This document shows, one piece after another, positions 11,441 to 19,662 of a stretch of DNA of 64,000 bases. The number at the start of each line of letters is the position of its first letter. The first letter of the stretch is position 1. The stretch spans positions 1 through 64,000 of the forward strand of contig CAWCAG010000007.1 in NCBI GenBank assembly GCA_963793425.1, written 5' to 3'. The notes beneath the pieces were generated by a model. The model had not been told where the DNA came from and did not search any database. It saw only the letters and a program-made list of their open reading frames with translations. This DNA comes from an uncultured cyanobacterium (GTDB lineage Bacteria; Cyanobacteriota; Cyanobacteriia; Cyanobacteriales; CAWCAG01). The translations under genes were made by a program, and so were the position numbers.

Positions 11441-11520
11441 TTACTACATCAATATATGAATTACACTCGTTTCAGCTAAGGATCAAAATATTTGAGATAT
11501 GAGAGTAGCAATTTGGCTTG

Positions 11521-12147
11521 TTAAATAACAGCATTAAGCACTTCTTCAGCAGTCAACTTCAAACCAGGAAAAGTAGCAGAAGCAATAGCCTGCTCACCTC
11601 TAAGCAACTCAATCTCATACTCGCCATTAACCAATCTACACACAGAAAGAGTAGGTTGTTTCGGCTTACCAATATACCGAATGCCCCCTAATCCTGCATA
11701 ATCAACAATCCAATATTCAGGGATTCCTAAAGCTGCATAATCTTCAACTTTACGGGCATAATCATTTTGCCAATTACTGCTAACCACTTCCGCCACAAAC
11801 TTAAGGGAACTTCCCCTGGTGAGAATCGACTGTTCAGCCCAAAGTGGTTCCTTAACTAATTCGGCTTTATCAACTACTGCCATATCAGGTCGAAATGCTG
11901 TCATAGTAGCATTAGCAGGACGTAATAAACACCGTTGCAAGACAAACCAAGGTAACTCTGCTTTGTCAATCTCAACACAGGCTTTCGTGGTAATGAAAGC
12001 TGCAACCTCCTCATGTTGCCCTGTAGGTTCCAAATCAAATACTTCTCCATCAATTAGTTCATAGCGTTTATCGTCACCATAATGGTTGACAAACTCATCA
12101 AAGCTAAAGGATTTTTGTTCTATTAGTCGTTTGCTTGCAAGGGTCAT
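11521..12147 (-). CDS. Uma2 family endonuclease-like protein
   Basis: RYELIDGE, FRPD, VAEVVSSNWQNDYARKVEDYAALGIPEYWIVD; likely ATG at 12147. Confidence 0.9.
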   Translation of the reverse strand: MTLASKRLIEQKSFSFDEFVNHYGDDKRYELIDGEVFDLEPTGQHEEVAAFITTKACVEIDKAELPWFVLQRCLLRPANATMTAFRPDMAVVDKAELVKEPLWAEQSILTRGSSLKFVAEVVSSNWQNDYARKVEDYAALGIPEYWIVDYAGLGGIRYIGKPKQPTLSVCRLVNGEYEIELLRGEQAIASATFPGLKLTAEEVLNAVI

Positions 12148-12252
12148 AAACTTATTCAGGGTTGGTCTAATGCTAGAAATCGACAATCTACTTTCAGTGT
12201 TGAATGCCCAATTATACTATTAGCTGTAAGCTTTACGCTTCATCTAGAAAAG

Positions 12253-13156
12253 CTAAAGTTTCTCAATCTCTTCTCTACTCAGTCCGGTCGACTTCTGCGA
12301 TCGCATCAATATCAGTACCTTTTTGTTTTAAGCTTCTGGCTATGTTAATCTTTTCCTGCTGTTTGCCTTGCTCCATACCTTCCTTAATCCCTTTCTCTAT
12401 CCCCTCTTCTAAACCTTCCAATTTTCCCTCTGAACGCGAACTTTCGATAATACTCACCTCATAACGCCTATTCTCCATAAATCTCAGGTAGTTGGCTCTT
12501 TCTTCTTCACTCAAGCTATCTACTAACAAATTTTCCTTCGCTTCTGCTAATCCTTGGGCGGTAAATTCTTCTTTGATTTGGCTTTTTTTCAGGAAATAGA
12601 TCCATTCATCTAGGGTATCTTTAGCTACATCGCTGAAGTTGTTTACTTTAATCACATAGTATTCTGGGAAGATTTCATATACTTGTTGAATCTTAAACAG
12701 TTTCTTCTGATTTATTGATAACCCTAAAGAGTCATCTAAGTGCAGACCTCGAAAATCTAAATTTCCCTTGTAAATATAATCATCCCCCTGTCCCAAGGAG
12801 AAGTAAACTACGTTCACCGAATAAACTTTTTTAACTTTGCTATAGGGCTGCCCTTTTTCCAGAAAATCGGTAATTAATCTCGCTGTGCCGTAGAGCATCC
12901 GATGAAAATAATCTTGCTCTGCACTGTTCTGCACTTCAATGAGAATTAATTCTCCTTGGTCATTTTCTGCAACAATATCAACTCGATTTAACTTGTCTTC
13001 CTCTGCTTGGCGATTACTCTCACTTTCAAGTATGGATTGAATCTTAATTTGTTTACCCAATAACTCACTCAAGAAACCTGCCAAAACGACGTAATTAGCT
13101 TTGTTTCTCAGTAACTTTTTAATAGCCCAATCAAATCTGATGTGTGTTTGGGGCAT
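12253..13156 (-). CDS. Rpn/YhgA-like PD-(D/E)XK nuclease; 1-nt indel near the C-terminus
   Basis: RFDWAIKKLLR, RVDIV, IEVQ, EGxxxG repeats, IARSLK. The canonical tail GLSREEIEKL* lies in another frame ending at 12253. Confidence 0.85.
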
Positions 13157-13226
13157 AAAAGCATCCGTTGGGAGAAGTGTACCTAATCTATTGTGACAGA
13201 TTTAGCCTTGAATCATTCAAGATAAG

Positions 13227-13667
13227 CTATTGTTTTATACCAAATGAGGTTTGAGTCCAATCTTCCCCAGTAGCAATTTTCTCCACTTCAACAAACCTAT
13301 CTGGGGGTACAATTTCCTCAAGGGATGGTACTTTTTCCCATTTTTGCTCAATAGGGGAGTACTGACAGTAGCAGATATAGATTACTCCCCATTCTCCAGA
13401 CTCATTATCTGATGAGTACTTCTCAACGCAAGAAATTTGCCAATCTCCTTCCCTAATATGAGTTTCTTTGTTTTGCAGTCTCTTAAACTGAGATAAGCGT
13501 TCACCGACTTTAGGAATAGTAGGATTAGAAGCATAACTGAGATGTTCTGTAAGAAAAGAAGTACCACTACCTGTAGGATCGAGGCGTTCTTCCCAACCTG
13601 GTTGTATTCCCTCTGTACGGTAAATAATTAGGGTTGGCTTTTGGTTATCACTATTCTTGATTGTCAT
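13227..13667 (-). CDS. Hypothetical protein
   Basis: 146-aa ATG ORF overlapping the upstream small gene. Confidence 0.65.
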   Translation of the reverse strand: MTIKNSDNQKPTLIIYRTEGIQPGWEERLDPTGSGTSFLTEHLSYASNPTIPKVGERLSQFKRLQNKETHIREGDWQISCVEKYSSDNESGEWGVIYICYCQYSPIEQKWEKVPSLEEIVPPDRFVEVEKIATGEDWTQTSFGIKQ

Positions 13668-13851
13668 GCCACAACTCCTGAAATAGAATTTCTTCTCCTA
13701 GAAATCGACAATCTACTTTGAGTGTTGGATCTTGAGTTAATTCCCAGCCCCTTGATTCCCAGCCATACTTCTTAGCCATCTCTAGACAACATTCTGGATT
13801 AACGGCTGCCTTCTTAAAAAACTTCTTTTTCGGCGATTTATCCCCTGACAC
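13651..13851 (-). CDS. Small hypothetical protein
   Basis: 66-aa ORF downstream of a TATAAT-containing repeat. Confidence 0.5.
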   Translation of the reverse strand: MSGDKSPKKKFFKKAAVNPECCLEMAKKYGWESRGWELTQDPTLKVDCRFLGEEILFQELWHDNQE

Positions 13852-13982
13852 AATTATTCTTCTTGTGAATATTTGAGAGTTGAATGTCCAATTATACTAT
13901 TGGCTGTGAGCTTTACGCTTCATCTAGAAAAGCTAAAGTTTCTCAATCTCTGTTTTTTTTCTTCAGTCCAGTTACTTCTGCG

Positions 13983-14003
13983 TAGGCAAAGCCCACCGCA
14001 GGC
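13983..14003. mobile_element. 21-nt SDR5-type element inserted in a HIP1 site
   Basis: GCG|taggcaaagcccaccgcaggc|ATCAC, where the paralogous loci at 12297 and 15594 have intact GCGATCGC. Confidence 0.7.
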
Positions 14004-14011
14004 ATCACAAT

Positions 14012-14352
14012 TTATATTTCTTGATTAGAATCCCTATCTTCAAACCCTAGCCAGAAGAGCAAAGTATCTTCAACTTGTGCTAACTGGTCTAAGTCTAATT
14101 CCCTAGTTTTCTTAGTAGTTTGGCATGAGGAATAGTAATCAGATTTTGTACATCAAAGACTCCCGACTTTAGGAATCTTACCTTAACTTCTACCTCAAAA
14201 CGTGAATCTCTCGGACTAGTTGTATGAGGAACTAAAGTAGCTAAAGCTCTATCTTGAATCAGAGCAGGAATGCTTACTACTAAACATGGCCTAACTTTGG
14301 CAACATAACCCAAATCAACAAGCCAAACTTCACCACGCTCAGGCTCAACCAT
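14012..14352 (-). CDS. PemK/MazF family toxin; 1-nt indel near 14099
   Basis: ERGEVWLVDLG..KVRPCLVVS; continuation LDLDQLAQVEDTLLFWLGF in a shifted frame to TAA at 14012. Confidence 0.85.
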
Positions 14353-14533
14353 AATCTGCTTCTTGCTGGTCTAGTGCTAAGAATAGTTCTTCGGCATTTA
14401 AAGTCAAGTCCTCATCCGTCAAGGGTGGAAAATCAAAACTGAGCATCTGCTTTAAAATTTCTACTGCAACTTTGATCTGCTCTGTCCTAGACAAACTATT
14501 AAAAGTGGTAAGGAGTTCTTGAGCTAGAGTCAT
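14345..14533 (-). CDS. Putative antitoxin of the PemK/MazF toxin
   Basis: 62-aa acidic ORF overlapping the toxin start by 8 nt. Confidence 0.65.
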   Translation of the reverse strand: MTLAQELLTTFNSLSRTEQIKVAVEILKQMLSFDFPPLTDEDLTLNAEELFLALDQQEADYG

Positions 14534-14550
14534 TTGTTTTCTTAGTTACG

Positions 14551-14611
14551 TGGGTTGAATTTTAACACGAATGCTAATTTGTGTGCGATCGCACCTAAAT
14601 CTCGTACCAGT
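14551..14611 (+). repeat. About 60-bp HIP1-containing direct repeat, copy 2
   Basis: Matches 10878-10938. Confidence 0.85.
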
Positions 14612-14821
14612 CATATAGAAGATATTAGCTCTCTAGGAAAACTGACGAATCTCAAGTTACTTGACCTGGCAAGTAACCCTATCACAGATATTAGTCCACT
14701 CAAACTCACTAACCTAGAGTCTCTTAGCCTCTCTGGGAATCAAATTGAGGATATTAGCTCTCTTGCAGGACTGACTGAGTTAAAGGAACTTGACCTTGAC
14801 TATAAGGAAGATTATTATTAG
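14612..14821 (+). pseudogene. Internal fragment of an internalin-type LRR gene
   Basis: IEDISSLGKLTNLKLLDLASNPITDISPL...; about 3 LRRs, no caps, fused to the repeat. Confidence 0.7.
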
Positions 14822-15507
14822 TATTTCATGAAGTTATTTTAGAAACTACTTATAAGTCTAAGAAAATCAATTTATCAAGTAAAGCCTCCGGAAATTATGT
14901 TTGGCAACGCAATCAAGCCCTAGAAATCGCCGAGCAGATTCGTTCTTTTATCAATCTACATTCGGGCAAATCACCTCAGCAGTTAGCTACTAAGCTTAAA
15001 CAGGAATGGGCAGTAGAAGGAGAAATTCCCATCAAGATTTTACAACACACTCCTACTCACCTAACTCTTAAAGATTCAGTGAAATTAGTTTGGTTCATAA
15101 GATTGGTTTCCAGTCCTTTTTTACTTATTGGTTGCATAGGAGTTTTTTTGAGTATCAGCGAAGGAATTTTTCCTGTTGGGGGTACGCTAGTTTTTCTAAC
15201 TTTAGGTCTTGTCGGTGTCTTGTTACCTTCTATCAAAACACTACAAATAGACAAAACGGCAAATAAGCTGACTATCAAAACTGAAAAGTTCTTACCAATA
15301 AAAATGCAAGAATATTCCCTAGATGAAGTAAGCGTAGGCATCAAAAAGATTTTCTACGGAACCCCTAAAAGACCCTTATGGAAGGTAGTTTTGAACACAG
15401 ATTCTGACTCTCGACAAATAAATTTATTTAGCTCTGTTTCTAACCGTGATGGAGCGATTGAAATTACTGAACTTATACGCTCTTTTCTTAATAAGTCTTC
15501 TGAATAA
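14806..15507 (+). pseudogene. 5'-truncated membrane protein with an internally repeated domain
   Basis: Frame of ORF 15079..15507 is open from 14806; ALEIAEQIRSFIN recurs as AIEITELIRSFLN; two TM helices. Confidence 0.55.
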
Positions 15508-15619
15508 TCACTATATACTGTTCTTGATTGCCATACCACAACTTTACAAACTAAAGTTTCTCAATCTCTGTTATCTTCAGTCCAGTTACTTCTGCGATCG
15601 CAACATTGATAAAAAACTA

Positions 15620-15646
15620 CTGATATAAACATATCAGATATGATAT
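15620..15646. promoter_or_regulatory. Palindromic operator of the RelE/XRE operon
   Basis: ctgatat-aaac-atatcag perfect inverted repeat, overlapping atatca-gata-tgatat, just before the toxin ATG. Confidence 0.55.
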
Positions 15647-15655
15647 AAATAGGTT

Positions 15656-15997
15656 ATGGATGACAAGGATAAGCCTTTAGTGTGGTTGCATGGGGAGATT
15701 AAAACTCCTCCCTTTAGCCAAGAAGCACGAATAGAAACAGGAGTGTTACTAAGACGATTGCAGCAGGGGGAAAATTTGGGGTTGCCTCACTCAAGACCAA
15801 TGCCTAGTATCGGGCTGCACTATCATGAATTGCGGGTTAGAGATACCCAGAAAAATTGGAGAATTATCTACCGTATTGATGAAGATGCGATTTTAATTCT
15901 TGAGGTGTCTAACAAAACGACTAGAACAACCCCCAATAGCATTATTAATATCTGTCAAAAAAGACTTAGTAAATATGAGCGAGACATAGAGGACTAA
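15656..15997 (+). CDS. RelE/ParE (HigB-like) toxin
   Basis: LGLPHSRPMPSIG..HELRVRD...WRIIYR; toxin-first order. Confidence 0.88.
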   Translation: MDDKDKPLVWLHGEIKTPPFSQEARIETGVLLRRLQQGENLGLPHSRPMPSIGLHYHELRVRDTQKNWRIIYRIDEDAILILEVSNKTTRTTPNSIINICQKRLSKYERDIED

Positions 15998-16001
15998 AAA
16001 G

Positions 16002-16316
16002 ATGGAAGAAAGTAAAAAGAAAAAACTAGAAGGAAAAGGTTGGAAAGTAGGAAATGTTTCAGAATTTCTTGACCTTACTCCAGAAGAAACAACACTGATT
16101 GAAATTAAGCTTGCCCTCAGTCGTTATCTTAAAGAAAAGCGGCAAAAATTAATGACTCAAACAGAGTTAGCTAACAAGTTAAATTCAAGTCAACCCCGGA
16201 TTGCTAATGCTGAGAATGGTAATGCTTCAGTTTCGATTGAATTATTAATTAAGGCAATGTTAGCAACAGGGGCAACTCCTCAAGAGATTGGGCAAGTTAT
16301 TGCACAAGTAGGTTAG
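16002..16316 (+). CDS. XRE-family HTH antitoxin
   Basis: MTQTELANKLNSSQPRIANAENG helix-turn-helix; 4 nt after the toxin. Confidence 0.88.
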   Translation: MEESKKKKLEGKGWKVGNVSEFLDLTPEETTLIEIKLALSRYLKEKRQKLMTQTELANKLNSSQPRIANAENGNASVSIELLIKAMLATGATPQEIGQVIAQVG

Positions 16317-16328
16317 GGATAAAGTTAG

Positions 16329-17999
16329 CTGATACTAAATCCGAAGTTTGTCGCAGAGGCACAGGGAAGCAAAGCAAAAGAATTATTTGAACAGGAAGGG
16401 AAAAGTCTCTACGATTTAGATCATCGGCAAATTCCCCGTTTGCAAGCTTATTTTGACGAAGATGATTCGATGTATTTGGTGCAGGATTATGTAGAAGGGG
16501 AAAATTTGCTCAAGGAGTTACTTAAGGAAGGGGCTTTTAATGAGCAGAAATTGCTCAAGTTTCTCCGGGATTTCTTACCCGTATTGCAATATATCCATCA
16601 ACAGGGATTGTTACATCGAGATATTAAACCAGAAAATATTATGCGCCGTCACAAAGATGGCAAAATCTTTTTGATTGATTTTGGGGGAGCAAAACAGCAC
16701 CTCCAAACAATGAGTATTTTTGAGACAGCTTTGTTTACTCGTGGTTATGCTGCCTATGAGCAAATTATGGGTAAAGCCCGTCGTGCTAGTGATATTTATA
16801 GCTTGGGGGCTACTTGTGTGCGTCTGTTGACAGGCTGTTTACCTGGTTTTTGTGAGCAGGGTAATAGTGAGGAGGAATTATATGACTACGATGTAGATGA
16901 ATTATATGATGCTGATGAAGCGAGGTGGTTATGGCGAGAAAAGGGTGCTAATGTTCGAGAAGGGTTAGGGAAAATCTTAGATAAGATGCTGGAGCATTCA
17001 CCAAAACAGCGTTATCAAAAAGTTGAGGAATTAATAGCTGCGATTGAAGCTATTAATAGTTTCCCACTAAAACCTGCTACTTCTCTAAAAAAGCCGATTT
17101 CTGCCAGTAATCACAACAAGATTTCCAGTATAGGCAATGAGAAAGCGCCTCATACTTCTCGTAAAAATAAAACCTTCTCCTTTCAAACTTTTACAGTCAA
17201 TCAATACGGCAAAATCATCAAAGGTCAACGAAGAGAAGCAGAATATCTTCAAGAGAACTTAGGAAATAGAGTTAGCTTGGAGATGGTGAAAATTCCTGGG
17301 GGAAGCTTTCTTATGGGTTCCCCTAGTAATGAAGAAAAGAGGTTTGATAGTGAAGGGCCACAGCATCAAGTAAATGTTCCCTCATTCTATATGGGCAAGT
17401 ATGCTATTGATCAAAACCAATGGCAAGCAATCATGGGTAACAATCCTGCTAGATTTAAAGGAGAAAATCTCCCCGTAGAAAATGTCTCCTGGTTCGAGGC
17501 TGTAGAATTTTGCCAGAAACTCTCAGAGCAATTAGGTCATAAATATTACTTACCCAGTGAATCTGAATGGGAGTATGCCTGTCGTGCTAGCACAATGACA
17601 CCTTTTCACTTTGGCATAACAATTACCACGAAATTAGCAAATTATCGTGGCAACTATACCTATGCGTCGGCTCCCAAAGGAATATACAGAGAAGAAACAA
17701 CAAAAGTAGGCAACTTCCCACCAAATGCTTTTGGTTTGTGTGATATGCACGGCAATATCTGGGAATGGTGCTATGACCAATGGCCAAAATGGAACGAAGA
17801 TTACGAAGGCGCTCCTACCGATGGTAGTGCTTGGCTAGTAGAAGATGGCAACAATGACCATTCTCGCACAATTCGCGGTGGTTCCTGGCTTAGCTCGCCG
17901 TGGTACTGCCGTTCTGCATATCGTCGTTACGAAATTCCGGATTACCGTTTCAATTACCTCGGTTTTCGTGTAGTCTGTGCTGCCACAAGAACTATTTAG
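16329..17999 (+). CDS. Ser/Thr kinase fused to FGE-sulfatase (CLec) domain, N-lobe truncated
   Basis: HRDIKPEN, DFG, SDIYSLG; FGE motifs LPSESEWEYACRA, DMHGNIWEWC, RGGSW..GFRVV. Frame open from 16329 but lacks the Gly-rich loop. Confidence 0.88.
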   Translation: MILNPKFVAEAQGSKAKELFEQEGKSLYDLDHRQIPRLQAYFDEDDSMYLVQDYVEGENLLKELLKEGAFNEQKLLKFLRDFLPVLQYIHQQGLLHRDIKPENIMRRHKDGKIFLIDFGGAKQHLQTMSIFETALFTRGYAAYEQIMGKARRASDIYSLGATCVRLLTGCLPGFCEQGNSEEELYDYDVDELYDADEARWLWREKGANVREGLGKILDKMLEHSPKQRYQKVEELIAAIEAINSFPLKPATSLKKPISASNHNKISSIGNEKAPHTSRKNKTFSFQTFTVNQYGKIIKGQRREAEYLQENLGNRVSLEMVKIPGGSFLMGSPSNEEKRFDSEGPQHQVNVPSFYMGKYAIDQNQWQAIMGNNPARFKGENLPVENVSWFEAVEFCQKLSEQLGHKYYLPSESEWEYACRASTMTPFHFGITITTKLANYRGNYTYASAPKGIYREETTKVGNFPPNAFGLCDMHGNIWEWCYDQWPKWNEDYEGAPTDGSAWLVEDGNNDHSRTIRGGSWLSSPWYCRSAYRRYEIPDYRFNYLGFRVVCAATRTI

Positions 18000-18110
18000 C
18001 TTGCACTTCGCACATATTTTTTTTAGCTAAGAAGGATTTTTAAAAATTTAAATGAAATTAATCATAAGCAAAACTTTCCTTTCTCTTCCTTAACTTAAAA
18101 ATCATTTAAA

Positions 18111-18170
18111 CCCTAGCTCCCTAGCTCCCCATCTCCCTAGCTCCCCATCTCCCCAACTCCCTAACTCCCC
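18111..18170. repeat. STRR-type octamer repeats (CTAGCTCC/CCATCTCC)
   Basis: Seen directly at the 3' end of leuC. Confidence 0.8.
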
Positions 18171-19485
18171 ATAAACTCACGAGGATCAGTAACATAACCT
18201 GTAATCGCAGAAGCCGCAGCCGTATAAGGAGAAGCGAGATAAATTTGTGCCTTCTTATCTCCCATGCGGCCAGGAAAATTACGATTAGTAGTAGAAACGC
18301 AAACCTCTGGCTTATTCATCCGACCAAAAGTATCCTTTGGCCCCCTAAACAAGCGGCACAAGAAGGGGCAGCCGGTTCAATACAACCCGCTTCGAGAAAG
18401 ATTTCTGAAAGGGTTTGCCCTTCGTATTTAACGCTGAATAAGTCCTCATAAACCTTTTGGGTGGCAGGGACAATATAAGTTGGTACGCTTACTTTATTTC
18501 CTTTGAGAATCCGCGCTGCATTATAAAAATCAGTGGTTTTCCCTCCGGTACAGGAACCAATATAAGCCCTGTCAACTTTCACATCACTGCATTCCCTCGC
18601 TAAAGCCCGGTTATCTGGGGAATGGGGCTTAGCTACTACTGGTTCTAATTCCGCTACATTGTAACGATGAGTGCTATAAAATTGGGCATCTTGGTCGGTA
18701 TAAACTGGTTCAAAATCTTTATTAGTGCGATCGCGCAAATAAGCGAAAGTTGTTTCATCTGGGGCAATAACTCCATTTTTTCCCCCAGCTTCAATAACCA
18801 TATTGCAAAGAGTCATACGTTCTTCCATGGTCATCTTCTCCACAACTTCCCCGGCAAATTCCATGGTGCGGTAAGTTGCCCCAGCCACGCCAATATCCCC
18901 AATTACTTGCAAAATCAAATCCTTCGCTAACAAGTAATCTGGCATTTCCCCATTAAACACAAAGCGCATGGTAGCAGGAACTTTAATTAAAAGTTTCCCT
19001 GTCCCCATAATAAATCCGGCATCGGTATTACCAATTCCTGTGGCAAATTGACCAAATGCCCCCGCGTTGCAGGTATGGGAATCTGTCCCGAAAAGTACTT
19101 CCCCCGGACGGGTATGACCTTCTTGGGCCAGGGCAATGTGACAAACTCCTTTATAATCAGGGTTGGCTTTAAAGTCCCCTCGATCAGTAATATCGTAGAA
19201 ATATTTAATCTTCTGCTCATGGGCAAAGTCCCGTAAAATATCCACATTACGGTTAGCTCTTTGGTCAGCAGTAAAAATATAATGGTCAGGAATAAGAACT
19301 ATTTTATCTGAGTCCCAAACCTTAGCCTCTGCACCAAATTCCCGCTTAAAAACTCCAATCGTACCAGGGCCACAAACATCATGGGTCATCAAAACATCTA
19401 CGTTAACCCAAACATTTTCCCCCGGTTCAACTTGAGAACGCCCCGTAGCACGAGCAATAATTTTTTCTGTTAAAGTCATAGCCAT
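18161..19485 (-). CDS. leuC: 3-isopropylmalate dehydratase large subunit; 1-nt indel near 18341
   Basis: [26 protein letters not shown] joins [21 protein letters not shown] in the other frame. Confidence 0.95.
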
Positions 19486-19662
19486 AGTAGTTTGTCTCCT
19501 GAGCAATAAAAATATTTTTCCCGGCCAAATTTAATAGTAGGGGCAGGTATTGCCCACTTAAAAAAACATCCAGTCCAAAAATCAAATTCAGCTTTTCTCT
19601 ATGATAGAAAGAAATTAATTTTAAGAAGCACTAGATTTATTGATTTGGTATTACCTTAAGCT

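Noticed and set aside
14612..14821. Orphan LRR fragment as a donor cassette for the arrays
   Set aside because: Its nucleotide sequence differs substantially from the 66-bp consensus, so it is a poor gene-conversion donor.
10878..16345. Integron cassette array
   Set aside because: No tyrosine recombinase, mixed gene orientations, and the repeats lack attC-type structure.
16329..18100. Complete DGR
   Set aside because: No RT, avd or second copy of the variable region in the window.
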